Shown here piece by piece: positions 30,466-40,739 of a stretch of 64,000 bases of DNA; within the stretch, counting starts at the first letter, position 1, and each line of letters begins with the position of its first letter. The stretch covers positions 2,144,001 to 2,208,000 of the forward strand of contig CBDCTH010000012.1 in assembly GCA_965222155.1 (NCBI GenBank), read 5' to 3'. The DNA is from Gammaproteobacteria bacterium. Its GTDB lineage: Bacteria; Pseudomonadota; Gammaproteobacteria; Eutrophobiales; Eutrophobiaceae. Made by a program: the position numbers and the translations under genes. The notes below the pieces were generated by a model that made no database searches, was not told where the DNA came from, and worked only from the letters and a program-made list of their open reading frames with translations.

Positions 30466-31764
30466 TCAGCCGTCGCTCACTGCACCCGGGATGACTATTA
30501 CCTGGCCTGCTTTAATACTGTCATCGGCTAATCCGTTCAGCGCCCGCAGACTGTGCAGGCTGACGCGGTAATGCTTTGCAATCTCAATTAATGTATCGCC
30601 GCGTTCTATAATGTGCTGCCGGGATGCCAGTAATGTGCCATTCGGGGCATAAACCTCAAAATAACGCTTTATGCTGACGGCCAGTGCCCGAGCAAGTTCC
30701 TGCTGGTGAGCGGCACTCAGCAGTTTCTTTTCTTCCTGGGGATTGGAAATAAACGCGGTTTCGACCAGCAAAGAGGGGATATCCGGCGATTTCAAAACGG
30801 CAAAAGCCGCGGATTCCACACCGGGTTTATGCAGTTTTCCTACCTTTTTCAAACCCTCAAGAACTCTCTCGGCCGCATCGATACTGGCCTCCAGGCTTGC
30901 CGTCTGGGACAGGTCCAGCAGTACCGATGCCAACAGGCCGTCCTTGTCGTCGAGACTCACCCCACCGATCAGGTCGGAAGCATTTTCCCGCTCAGCCAGC
31001 CAGCGGGCATGCTCACTACTGGCGCCTCGTCTCGATAGGACGTATACGGATGAACCGTGTACTTTGGAATTGGTGAACGCGTCGGCATGTATGGAAATAA
31101 ACAGGTCGGCCTTGTGCTTACGCGCCAACTCGATGCGCCTGCGTAACGGCAGGTAATAATCACCATGCCTGGTCAATTCCGCCTGCATTCCGCGTTCCCT
31201 GTTGATGAAATGGGCCAATTTCTTTGCAATCTGCAAAACGACCGTCTTTTCATGAGTTCCCCACGGCCCTATCGCCCCCGGGTCTTCACCTCCGTGACCG
31301 GCATCGATGGCAACCACAACGTTACGATAACCGGATGTCGGCACTTCCTGTTTTATTGCCACCTGCTGTTCTTTTCCATCGGATATATCCACCACCAGTC
31401 TGTGACCATAGTGTTCGTTCGGCGCCAGCAGGAAACTCTTTGCCTGGGCGTGTTTTTTCAAATCCAGAACGATTCTCAGGAAGTCGCCGTGCTGCCCACT
31501 CCTGATTCCCCGTACATATTCATCGCGTGTGACCGGTTGCGGCAAGTTGGAGAACGGTTCGGTATTTTCCAGGTCTATAACGACTCGAAAAGGCTCCGAT
31601 AACAGTTTCAGGTCGTGCTTGACCGGGCTGGAAACATCGAATACGACGCGGGTGTTGTCAGGCGCGGCCCAGACCCGGATATTTTTCAGGCGGATGTCTT
31701 CCCCCGCACTGCAGGGCAGAGAAAAAATCAGGAGTAAACAATAACTTGAGATAAAACGCACCAT
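30466..31764 (-). CDS. amiC: N-acetylmuramoyl-L-alanine amidase (AMIN + Amidase_3 + LysM)
   Basis: IDAGHGGEDPGA, FISIHAD, LVETAFISN, C-terminal LysM. Confidence 0.9.
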   Translation of the reverse strand: MVRFISSYCLLLIFSLPCSAGEDIRLKNIRVWAAPDNTRVVFDVSSPVKHDLKLLSEPFRVVIDLENTEPFSNLPQPVTRDEYVRGIRSGQHGDFLRIVLDLKKHAQAKSFLLAPNEHYGHRLVVDISDGKEQQVAIKQEVPTSGYRNVVVAIDAGHGGEDPGAIGPWGTHEKTVVLQIAKKLAHFINRERGMQAELTRHGDYYLPLRRRIELARKHKADLFISIHADAFTNSKVHGSSVYVLSRRGASSEHARWLAERENASDLIGGVSLDDKDGLLASVLLDLSQTASLEASIDAAERVLEGLKKVGKLHKPGVESAAFAVLKSPDIPSLLVETAFISNPQEEKKLLSAAHQQELARALAVSIKRYFEVYAPNGTLLASRQHIIERGDTLIEIAKHYRVSLHSLRALNGLADDSIKAGQVIVIPGAVSDG

Positions 31765-31831
31765 TTGCCAAGCCCTTGCGCTTCAATACTGATGGTAATT
31801 ATCTCAATAATTTTTTAAAAAGTCAACCTAT

Positions 31832-32326
31832 CTAACTGTTTTTTTTAGCTTTAGAAATCTGTTTCAGGGGATTTGCGCTGATCAGTTGTTTCAAATATTG
31901 ATTACCTGATGCGCTATGTGCTTCACAATTCAGGTCGCGCCGGGTCCGGTTGATGCTGATATTGATGATTAAATCGGGGTCAGGCAGGCAGCCTTTGCCC
32001 CGCTCCGGCCATTCCACCAGGCAAATACTGTGGCCATCAAAATAGTCCCGGTAACCGATATCAATCAACTCCGCCGGTGTTGTGATCCGATAAAGGTCGA
32101 AGTGGAAGATACGATAGGAAGCGGCAAGGTAGTATTCAACCAGCGTGTAGGTCGGACTCTTGACAACCCCCTGGTAATCAAGCGCCCGCAACAACCCCCT
32201 GACGAACGTAGTCTTGCCTGCCCCAAGTTCTCCATGCAGATACAGGTTGAATCCGTCGTGGATGAACCTGGCGCAACAGGCTGCAAACTGACCCATTTCC
32301 TCCGGACTGGCAACAGCTAAGCGCAT
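31832..32326 (-). CDS. tsaE: tRNA t6A biosynthesis ATPase
   Basis: GELGAGKT, VKSPTYTLVE, HFDLYR, VEWPE. Confidence 0.96.
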   Translation of the reverse strand: MRLAVASPEEMGQFAACCARFIHDGFNLYLHGELGAGKTTFVRGLLRALDYQGVVKSPTYTLVEYYLAASYRIFHFDLYRITTPAELIDIGYRDYFDGHSICLVEWPERGKGCLPDPDLIINISINRTRRDLNCEAHSASGNQYLKQLISANPLKQISKAKKNS

Positions 32327-33798
32327 TGGTCCGGATTAACGACAGAACGAATGACAGGAAGGAGATCACCAGCCAGCATCCCTCTTTCGCCCTCGCCGGC
32401 GCACAGGTCTGCTGCATGACCATGCAGGTAAACCCCGGATAGCGCAGCCAGGCCAGGCACCATGCCCTGAGCCATCAAGCCGGCAATGACCCCGGTCAGG
32501 ACGTCACCCATTCCACCACCGGCCATCCCCGGATTCCCGGTACGATTGAGATAGATCGGGCCTGTTGCATCCACGACCAGACTACCGGCTCCCTTGAGGA
32601 CGGCAACGCCGTCGAATTTATCCCGTAACGAGGTTACAGCCGCAAACCTGTCCGCTTGAATATCCTCGGTTGCAACATCCAGTAACCGGCCTGCCTCACC
32701 CGGATGTGGCGTCAGTACCCAGTTTTCCCGACGCTGGTGCTCAAGGGCCAGCAGGTTCAAGGCATCGGCATCCACGACAAGCGGAAGCCGGGTCTGTAAC
32801 ACCTTGGCAAACAATGACATTGCCCAATCTGATTGACCCAGCCCCGGTCCTATGGCGACTACGCTTACCCTGTTCAACACCGTGTCCAGGTCCCGAGTTG
32901 AAGTCACGGCCGCGGTCATCAATTCGGGACGGAACAGCGGTATATTTCTGGCGTGCTCCACCCGTGTCGCTACCGTAACCAGCCCGGCCCCGGTCCTGGC
33001 AGCCGCAGATCCGGCCAGAATGGCTGCGCCAAGGTAACCGTAATCACCGCCGATAACGAGTACGTGACCATAGCGGCCCTTATGGGCATGGCGTGGACGG
33101 GCGAGCAGGTTCTGCAACACGCCCGCAGGCTTTATCAGGCGCGCAGCGGCGCTGACTGAAGCATGTATGTCAGCGGGCGTGCCCAGATCACTGAACAGTA
33201 TCTCGCCACAGAAATCGGGACCCTGTGCGGTAAACAAGCCCCGTTTCAATCCGATGAACGTGAGCGTGGCGTCGGCCCTGACAGCCGTCCCCATGCATAC
33301 CCCTGTATCCGCATTCAATCCGGAAGGAATATCCAGGGCAAGGACCGGGACGGCCGACCCATTGATCAATCCGATAGCGTCGGCGAACACGCCTCCCACC
33401 TGACGGTTCAGGCCACTGCCCAGCAAGGCGTCGACGATCAAATCGGCACCGTCTATTGACAGCGTATCCTGAACAGTGCCTGTATGCAGGTATTTCTGTG
33501 CGCTGGCGGCGGCGTCACCCCTGAGTTGACCGGGTTCAACCAGGGCAACCACCCTGACGTTAAGACCCGCCTGCTGCGCTAGTCGCGCCAGTACGTAACC
33601 GTCACCGGCGTTATTTCCGCCGCCGCAGATAACGACCAGGTTTGTAGCGCCGGGATAGCGCCTGGTCAAAACCTCAAGGGCGCTACCCCCTGCCCGTTCC
33701 ATTAACGTAATTGAAGGAATTCCCCGCTCTTCAATTGCGATCCGGTCCAGTTCCCGTACCTGTCCGGCTGTATATAATTTCGCGGGTAACGCAGACAT
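32317..33798 (-). CDS. nnr: Bifunctional NAD(P)H-hydrate epimerase/dehydratase
   Basis: GNNAGDG, DIPSG, HKG.YG, DADAL, TPHPGEA, GG.GDVL. Confidence 0.95.
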   Translation of the reverse strand: MSALPAKLYTAGQVRELDRIAIEERGIPSITLMERAGGSALEVLTRRYPGATNLVVICGGGNNAGDGYVLARLAQQAGLNVRVVALVEPGQLRGDAAASAQKYLHTGTVQDTLSIDGADLIVDALLGSGLNRQVGGVFADAIGLINGSAVPVLALDIPSGLNADTGVCMGTAVRADATLTFIGLKRGLFTAQGPDFCGEILFSDLGTPADIHASVSAAARLIKPAGVLQNLLARPRHAHKGRYGHVLVIGGDYGYLGAAILAGSAAARTGAGLVTVATRVEHARNIPLFRPELMTAAVTSTRDLDTVLNRVSVVAIGPGLGQSDWAMSLFAKVLQTRLPLVVDADALNLLALEHQRRENWVLTPHPGEAGRLLDVATEDIQADRFAAVTSLRDKFDGVAVLKGAGSLVVDATGPIYLNRTGNPGMAGGGMGDVLTGVIAGLMAQGMVPGLAALSGVYLHGHAADLCAGEGERGMLAGDLLPVIRSVVNPDQCA

Positions 33799-33832
33799 CA
33801 GAAGTCACCCATAGCTGCACCTATACAATATC

Positions 33833-33888
33833 GTCATACCGGGCTTGACCCTGCCTTACAACATGCCAGGGCAGGCCCGGTATCCAGT
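33833..33888 (+). repeat. REP (GTCATACCGGGCTTGACCCGGTATCCAG) split by a roughly 27 bp hairpin insert
   Basis: CCCTGCCTTACAACATGCCAGGGCAGG lies inside the REP stem-loop. Confidence 0.6.
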
Positions 33889-33917
33889 GAAATATCCTTT
33901 CGAGCGCATAATATAAA

Positions 33918-35126
33918 TCACCAGTTCCATAGGGTGCCGTCTTCCAACCTGTTCACCGGCAGATAGGCGCGCCGGTAAGGAAACTTTGCCGCCAGTTCCT
34001 CATCAATATCCACGCCATGACCCGGTGTCTCACCCGGATGGAGAAAACCATCCTTAAATGTATAGTCGTGGGGAAATACCTGGTCGGTTTCTTCACTGTG
34101 ACGCATATATTCCTGGATCCCGAAGTTCGGCACCCAGGTATCGAAGTGCAGGGCCGCGCCCATACAGACCGGCGACAGGTCCGTTGCGCCATGACAACCG
34201 GTGCGGACGTGATACAGCGCGGCGAGGTCGGCAATGCGGCGCAAGTGGGTGATACCCCCGGCATGTACCACGGTAGTCCGTATATAATCAATCAGTTGTT
34301 CCCTGATCAGGTCCTTGCAATCCCAGATAGAGTTAAACACCTCCCCGACCGCCAGCGGCGTCACGGTATGCTGTCGAATTAGACGAAACCCTTCCTGGTT
34401 CTCAGCCGGAACCGCGTCTTCCAGCCAGAACAGGCGGTAATCTTCCAATGCCTTACCCAGGCGCGCTGCTTCGATGGGTGTCAGGCGATGGTGTACATCA
34501 TGCAGTAAATGGGGCTGATAACCGTATTGCTGCCTGAGCTTGTCGAACAATACAGGCACATGATCCAGATACTTTTCCGTTGACCAGGTATTCTCCACCG
34601 GCAGGCCCGTATCTGCCGGTTCATAGAACAACCGGTCTTTCCCAACACCGTAGGTGGAGGTCAGACCCGGGATTCCGGATTGCGCGCGCACGGCCTTGTA
34701 ACCCATATCGATATATCTGCCCACCTCATCAACGGTTTGCTCAATATCTTCTCCATTGGCATGGCCGTAAACCATGACCCCGTTGCGGCTGCTGCCGCCG
34801 AGCAACTGGTAAAGCGGCATATCTGCCAGTTTTGCCTTGATATCCCATAGCGCCGTATCCACGGCGCCGATAGCCGTCATGGTCACCGGCCCACGCCGCC
34901 AGTAACTCCCACGGTAAAGAAATTGCCAGATATCTTCCGACCGGCGCGGATCGCGCTCGATCAGGCAGGGAACAACGTGGTCCTGCAGGTATGAAACGAC
35001 AGCAAGTTCCCGACCGTTAAGCGTGGCGTCACCCAACCCGTAAATCCCCACGTCAGTCTCCACCTTCAGGGTAACGAAATTGCGCCCGGGGCAGGTTACG
35101 ATAACTCTTGCGCTGGTAATTTTCAT
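33918..35126 (-). CDS. manD: D-mannonate dehydratase (ManD/RspA, enolase superfamily)
   Basis: [50 protein letters not shown]. Confidence 0.95.
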   Translation of the reverse strand: MKITSARVIVTCPGRNFVTLKVETDVGIYGLGDATLNGRELAVVSYLQDHVVPCLIERDPRRSEDIWQFLYRGSYWRRGPVTMTAIGAVDTALWDIKAKLADMPLYQLLGGSSRNGVMVYGHANGEDIEQTVDEVGRYIDMGYKAVRAQSGIPGLTSTYGVGKDRLFYEPADTGLPVENTWSTEKYLDHVPVLFDKLRQQYGYQPHLLHDVHHRLTPIEAARLGKALEDYRLFWLEDAVPAENQEGFRLIRQHTVTPLAVGEVFNSIWDCKDLIREQLIDYIRTTVVHAGGITHLRRIADLAALYHVRTGCHGATDLSPVCMGAALHFDTWVPNFGIQEYMRHSEETDQVFPHDYTFKDGFLHPGETPGHGVDIDEELAAKFPYRRAYLPVNRLEDGTLWNW

Positions 35127-35285
35127 AGCAATCCAGTCGAGGTAAAGGCCACGCAAGTATTGTTTATCAACACTTGCGATATCGGAAACAGCAATTACAT
35201 GAACCTTGGATTATACTATATCGAAACAAACTCAAGTCAACCCATAGGCGGCGCCGGTCGAGGCGCTTCGCGGCGAATGTGGTTG

Positions 35286-36018
35286 TCAGCTACTTTTTTG
35301 TTTGAAGTGATTACGGAGCACGTTTTTAACGTATTCCGGCGCTTCTTCTTGTACTTTTGCAGCCTCGTCTACGAGTAGATCGTAGTCGGTAATTTCTTCT
35401 CCCGACCACAGAAGATCAAGTCTACGAATGTCCCGCATTGCAATATGTGTATACAACTCTGGATAGGCCCAATAGCAGGACTGGCAAGTAACAATATCTT
35501 TCTTCTGCCAGTTGAGACAATTTTCACAACTCCAGGACTTTGCTCTATTTGCGGAAGCGCAAAGCAGCATATATTCACTTATATCCGCCGACAGACTTCC
35601 ATTGTCACCGGCGATTTCAAATGGAATCCTGTGGTCAATTTGTAATTCCTGCACTGGAAATGGCTCAAGATAAATATTACAACGCGGACCCTGTTTATCT
35701 ATTAATGCATTTTAGATTTGATGAGAATGCTGTCCGTCCAGATAGCTGGGCAGCACGTACTTGTGTTGGGTCAGCAAATTTATAGGCAGCGATTTTTCGA
35801 CCATCTGTGCCTGTGATACGAAACGTTTTTACTGGAATCCCCTGTTCCCGAACATCTCTGATTGCTCTCGGTGGATGGTTGTATCCATATATATCCTTAA
35901 GTTCTTCTGTCGTAATTTGACCGTGCTTAAGAATGTGGTCGATTACAGTCTTTGGACGTTTTGCTTTTACACTTTTAAGTAATCTCAAAAACTCAAAAGG
36001 ATAATTTTGCTTACTCAT
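35286..36018 (-). pseudogene. HNH type II restriction endonuclease, SphI-like, frameshifted at about 35712
   Basis: GYNHPPRAIRD...GRTAFS | ALIDKQGPRCNIY...LQIDHRIPFEIAGD...LLCASANRAKSWSCENC.NW...C.SCYWA.PE.YTH; resemblance to R.SphI is from memory. Confidence 0.8.
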
Positions 36019-36947
36019 GCAATTGCAAGCTCTTGTTGTTTTTCAATATCCTTGGAAACAATCTTGCTCCTCTCACGATTTAACCTATCCACGAGGGCGG
36101 GTGATAAATACAATGATTCAACGGTCTCGGCGTCCCCCCCCAATAACGTTGCCTGGCTCGACCTTCCTGCATGAATATGGAAGTGTTTTAACGATAAGCT
36201 CTCTGGTAGATGCTTACCGTACTTTTTTTCACCCGTGATGCCATCGTAACTGATGATGTATGAAATATATCTTTCATTCATTTCTATCAATGCCTCCACG
36301 AAATCATCGTATGTGAGTCCGTTAATATACCGGTGGTCTCTTGTGAATGATGTCCCTTGGTATGGGGGGTCCAGATAAACCAAATCTTTAGCTTTGGCTT
36401 TATTGGCGACTTCTCTAAAATCAACTGAGAAAACAGTTGTTTTTCGCGCAAGCAGTTGTGAGACGCCCATAATATTTTTTCTCATGGTGTTCGGTTTCAT
36501 TCCTGAACGTCTGTTGTCTGAGCTTTGGTTGAACAAGCCTTCCGAATTGTATCTCACAGATCCTTTTACAATACGCGCAAGCAGGTAAAGCAGGAGTTGA
36601 GGTTTATGTGAGTGATTGAACTCATCACGAATTCTGAAAAAATACTCTTTCCTATCCGAGTGCTGTGCCAGCCATAACTTTTCATAGACATCGACAAGTT
36701 GACATGGTCTTTCAAGAATTTCTACCCACAAACTCATTAACGGTTCGTTCAGATCGTTGAGTACAAACCGTTCAGCCAATCCGTGCGCGGCAGTAGCAAT
36801 TGAAATCGCTCCTGCGCCGCAGAAAGGCTCAATAAGGCACTGGATATCGGGAGGGAAGTGTAGAAGTATATCTTTCGCTATTTCGCGTTTACTTCCCTGG
36901 TACGGAAACGGATGAGGGAGGGGTATATTCCGGAGCGTTTTCATCAT
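36015..36947 (-). CDS. N6-adenine DNA methyltransferase (Dam/D12 class), cognate MTase
   Basis: YQGSKR, EPFCG.GA, LND.N, YLDPPY; ATGA overlap with the endonuclease. Confidence 0.92.
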   Translation of the reverse strand: MMKTLRNIPLPHPFPYQGSKREIAKDILLHFPPDIQCLIEPFCGAGAISIATAAHGLAERFVLNDLNEPLMSLWVEILERPCQLVDVYEKLWLAQHSDRKEYFFRIRDEFNHSHKPQLLLYLLARIVKGSVRYNSEGLFNQSSDNRRSGMKPNTMRKNIMGVSQLLARKTTVFSVDFREVANKAKAKDLVYLDPPYQGTSFTRDHRYINGLTYDDFVEALIEMNERYISYIISYDGITGEKKYGKHLPESLSLKHFHIHAGRSSQATLLGGDAETVESLYLSPALVDRLNRERSKIVSKDIEKQQELAIA

Positions 36948-36980
36948 ATTCTTTATTTTACCCGATTTCCTCCCACGTAG

Positions 36981-37149
36981 CAGGTGCTCCCGCTAAATCT
37001 GCTCCCGCTAAATCGAGGTCAATACAGTGATTTCTGCCGGATTCGGGCATACTCTGACCATAAGGGGGCATATTTCCTTGGGAGGGAGGGCGTCTCGCCC
37101 TCCACGAGGGCAGGATGCCCTCGGTCCCGGGAGTTAGCGGGAACTGCTG
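36981..37149 (-). mobile_element. MITE copy 3 (inverted)
   Basis: Same TIRs; TSD CCCACGTAG / CCCATGTAG; 15 bp tandem duplication in one TIR. Confidence 0.85.
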
Positions 37150-37287
37150 CCCATGTAGTGTAGTGTTTGACAGTATCTGTTAGGAACAAATATAATGCCC
37201 GCCGCGCAGTCGGTGCTTGGCGACCCCCGTCAGATTCTGTTTTTCCGGATAGCTTCAGCGTTAGCAAGCTATAGAGAGAATAAAAGA

Positions 37288-37509
37288 ATGAAAGAGAGTG
37301 ACCAATATCATAAATGGGTTGAATGGAGCGAAGAAGATCATATTTACATTGGAAAATGCCCCGATTTGATCACGGGAATTCATGGAGATGATCCTCTGTC
37401 CCTCTACAGTGAGTTATGCGAGGTGGTTGAAGACGTATTGAGGCACTTCCACTCGGAGGGGCGTCCACTACCGACACCACAGGTCAGACCGATGTGTGAA
37501 GTTGCTTAG
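37288..37509 (+). CDS. HicB-like antitoxin, orphan
   Basis: VEWSEED..YIG.CPDL..G.HGD...E.V...GRPLP.P; no hicA adjacent. Confidence 0.7.
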   Translation: MKESDQYHKWVEWSEEDHIYIGKCPDLITGIHGDDPLSLYSELCEVVEDVLRHFHSEGRPLPTPQVRPMCEVA

Positions 37510-37603
37510 CGTCAGCTAATACACTGCCCGGCCGACGCCATTTCAGATACCAGGCAGTTGGTACGGGGAGTAGAAAAACAGACACTGCGGGATGCCGCTT
37601 GGT

Positions 37604-38974
37604 TCACAACAACCCGAATACCAGCACGCAGCCAACTCCGATAGGGGCAACATACCGGGTAAGCAAACGCCACACCTGAAAGGCTTTCTCGTTCCTGATA
37701 CCCATTTCCTCCCTTAACAACTTAGCGGACATAACCCAGCCGGCGAACAGCGCTATCAGCAGCGCGGTCAGCGGCAGCATGATATTCGACACAGTGAATT
37801 CAATGATGTTGAACATGCCTTTGCCTGCATACAGCGGGATAAACGATAACGGCTTGAAATCTTTTATTACATTAAACGACAGGACCGCCGTCAGACCGAC
37901 AAGCCAGATCACCGAACCGCTGACCACCGACATCGTAAAACGTTTATACCCCTTGTCTTCCATGAATGATACAAAGGGCTCCAGCATGGCCAGCGATGAG
38001 GTAAATGCCGCAAAAAAAACCAGGATAAAAAATATCACGCTGAAAAAGTGGCCGGCCGGCATGCCCCCGAGGGCAACCGGTAAGGTAATAAACATCAGCC
38101 CGGGCCCACCTGCCGGGTCCAGTCCGGAGGCAAATACAATGGGAAAAATGGCCAACCCGGCCAACAGGGCTGCCATGGTATCACTGATTGCAATCAACCA
38201 GGAGGGTCCGGGTAGGGAGATATCCCTGGATAAATAGGCGCCGTATGTAAGCAGCGCGCCAGTGCCGACGGTGATGGAAAACAAAGCCTGCCCCAGGGCC
38301 ATCAGCAGGCTTCTCCAGGTAAGGCTGGAGAAATCCGGGTTGAACATAAATTGCCAGGCCCGGCCGGGCTCACCTTCGATATGTCCATATATCACCAGCA
38401 TGATCAGCAGGATAAACAACGTCGGCAGCATGAAAGTAGTTACCGACTCTATACCGCGCTTGACGCCCATGCCTATAACCCAGACAGTTCCCGCAATATA
38501 TATGGAATACCAAAGAGTCATCCGGTAGGGAGAGGCAAGCAGGTTATCAAACTGTCCTTCAGCATCCCCGGGTGAGATGGAAACAAAAAAGCCGAGCAAG
38601 GCATGAAGGGCATAATCCAGGGACCAGCCGGCGACGACGGAATAAAAACATAAGGCGCAAACCGGTGAAATGACGCTCAACCAGCCGATGATCTTCCAGA
38701 AGCCATGATGGTTACCCTCCTTGCACAGACTGACCATCGTCATCACCGGGCTCTTGCCGCCGCGCCGGCCCATCGCCAGTTCAGCCATGACCAGGGGCAC
38801 ACACAGCAACAGGATGATGGCCAGGTAAACAATGATAAAGGCGCCGCCGCCGTTTTCACCGGCGACATAGGGGAAACGCCAAAGGTTCCCAAGGCCGATG
38901 GATGCGCCGACCATGGCAAACATAAACGTCAGCCTTGATGACCAGGTCTTGGTGGATGATGCGGGGGCAGGCAT
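37604..38974 (-). CDS. Sodium-dependent transporter (NSS/SNF family)
   Basis: GASIGLGNLWRFPY..GENGGGAF, GQALFS, GPGL.F.TLP. Confidence 0.93.
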   Translation of the reverse strand: MPAPASSTKTWSSRLTFMFAMVGASIGLGNLWRFPYVAGENGGGAFIIVYLAIILLLCVPLVMAELAMGRRGGKSPVMTMVSLCKEGNHHGFWKIIGWLSVISPVCALCFYSVVAGWSLDYALHALLGFFVSISPGDAEGQFDNLLASPYRMTLWYSIYIAGTVWVIGMGVKRGIESVTTFMLPTLFILLIMLVIYGHIEGEPGRAWQFMFNPDFSSLTWRSLLMALGQALFSITVGTGALLTYGAYLSRDISLPGPSWLIAISDTMAALLAGLAIFPIVFASGLDPAGGPGLMFITLPVALGGMPAGHFFSVIFFILVFFAAFTSSLAMLEPFVSFMEDKGYKRFTMSVVSGSVIWLVGLTAVLSFNVIKDFKPLSFIPLYAGKGMFNIIEFTVSNIMLPLTALLIALFAGWVMSAKLLREEMGIRNEKAFQVWRLLTRYVAPIGVGCVLVFGLL

Positions 38975-38984
38975 GGTTGTAAAA

Positions 38985-39947
38985 TTAGCTTATTAATTCG
39001 GATATTCGGGGAGTCCTGTGCGCGGGAATGATGGCGCCGGGATACTGGATAACCAGGTCAGCCAAAGATTGCCCTGCCCGGACGGAGGTCGCGATATCAC
39101 TGCCGGACAGCCTTGCGGAGATATAACCGGCATTAAACGAATCCCCTGCGGCGGTTGTATCAACAACCCGTTCCTGGACGGTTACCGGAAAGCCGGCAAT
39201 ATCCGGTCCGATTGCGACCGTACATGGTGATGAACCATTTTTCACAACGATCTCCGCAACCCCCAGGGCAGCCAGGCGAGCGCATGTATGTTCCGGCGTG
39301 GCATCATTAAAAAGTGCTTTTTCATCGTCAAAACCGGGCAAGGCCACACCGGCCTCGCAGTAGATGCGGTCGGCCCAGTCCCTTGCTTCCCCGGGGGACT
39401 GCCACAGCACCGCCCTGTAATTCGAATCATACACGATAATGACACCTGTCTTACGTAAAAATCTCAATAAGTCCAGCAGGCTCTCCCTGTAATCGGGGGT
39501 GAGTATGGCGATTGATATACCGGATAAATAGAGTACCTGAAAACCCTTCAGGGAAGTTTCCAGGCTTATGGCATAATTATCCCTGAACAAATCACGCGCT
39601 GCTGACTTTTCCCGATCATAGCTGAAACGACGCTCTCCACCGCTTCCGGTTGTAATAGTGTAACTTCCCGGTAATTTATCCCGGAAACGTCTGACAAACG
39701 CGGTATTAATACCCTCAGACTTCCAGACCGCCAACATGGTGGCGCTGTGCGCGTCTTCTCCTACTGCAGTGACATAAAACAGGTCCGCCCTGTCCCTGTC
39801 CAGTAGTCTTGCCATATAGGTTACGGTATTGAGCGTATCGCCTGAAAATCCCTGGGGATACCTGGAAGAACCATCAGCCCTGTGCTCAACCATACACTCA
39901 CCGATGGCTGCAATCATGCAAGGACCGTCTTTTTTCCACTCCATCAT
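38985..39947 (-). CDS. kdgK: 2-keto-3-deoxygluconate kinase, copy 1
   Basis: IGECMVE, GDTLNT, DSNYR..LW, DTTAAGDSFNAGY. Confidence 0.92.
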   Translation of the reverse strand: MMEWKKDGPCMIAAIGECMVEHRADGSSRYPQGFSGDTLNTVTYMARLLDRDRADLFYVTAVGEDAHSATMLAVWKSEGINTAFVRRFRDKLPGSYTITTGSGGERRFSYDREKSAARDLFRDNYAISLETSLKGFQVLYLSGISIAILTPDYRESLLDLLRFLRKTGVIIVYDSNYRAVLWQSPGEARDWADRIYCEAGVALPGFDDEKALFNDATPEHTCARLAALGVAEIVVKNGSSPCTVAIGPDIAGFPVTVQERVVDTTAAGDSFNAGYISARLSGSDIATSVRAGQSLADLVIQYPGAIIPAHRTPRISELIS

Positions 39948-40097
39948 AAAGCCTAACGTATTCTTTTATTGTAATTACGCTTATTTCTACTAAGTCCCCC
40001 GATCGTCATTCTGGCGAATGGAGAAAACGGGGTCTATACTCTGCTATCGAATAATAGGGTAAAATCATCGACACAGTATAATTTAACAGCGCGTAGT

Positions 40098-40718
40098 ATG
40101 AAATCCATCACGGATATTATCCCTACGGGAAGTATTATTCCCGTGTGTACCGTTAATGACCCCGGCAAGGCCGTTCCGTTGGCTCAAACGCTACAGGATT
40201 GCGGCATCCATTTCATCGAGATCACCCTGCGTACGGAGGGAGCTTTTACGTCCGCTGAAAACGTGATCAAGGAATGTCCTGACATGTATGTCGGCATCGG
40301 TACGGTTACTTCTGTAGATCAACTAAACCGGGCAAAAGAGACCGGCGCACAATTCTGCGTCAGCCCCGGCATGACGGAACGTCTCGTCAAGAACGCCGAA
40401 CAACTGGAACTGCCTTACCTGCCGGGCGTCAGTACCGTGTCGGAGGTAATGTCTGCCCGGGAAATGGGATTACGTTATTTGAAATTTTTCCCGGCAGAGT
40501 CGGCAGGCGGTACCGGAACTCTTAGAATTTTCCGGGAACTGTTCCCGGAGACCCGTTTTTGCCCCACAGGGGGCCTCAATGAAAATAACGCCGGAGATTA
40601 CCTGCGTCTGGACAACGTGTACTGCATCGGCGGAAGCTGGCTGGCATCACAAGAGAAGATAGATGCCGCGGACTGGAAAGGCATCAAAAAAACAATACGA
40701 CGGGCTATGCAATATTAG
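40098..40718 (+). CDS. eda: KDPG/KHG aldolase, copy 1
   Basis: EITLRT, G.GTV, VSPG, KFFPAE..GG, FCPTGG, GGSW. Confidence 0.93.
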   Translation: MKSITDIIPTGSIIPVCTVNDPGKAVPLAQTLQDCGIHFIEITLRTEGAFTSAENVIKECPDMYVGIGTVTSVDQLNRAKETGAQFCVSPGMTERLVKNAEQLELPYLPGVSTVSEVMSAREMGLRYLKFFPAESAGGTGTLRIFRELFPETRFCPTGGLNENNAGDYLRLDNVYCIGGSWLASQEKIDAADWKGIKKTIRRAMQY

Positions 40719-40739
40719 GTTATACTTTTTACTAAATAA

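Noticed and set aside
7024-37149. Palindromic repeats as a CRISPR array
   Set aside because: Copies are dispersed, with no regular repeat-spacer period and no cas genes
35225-37540. attC-like sites around the R-M and hicB genes (integron cassettes)
   Set aside because: Only loose GTTRRRY/RYYYAAC matches; no convincing paired L boxes and no integrase in the window
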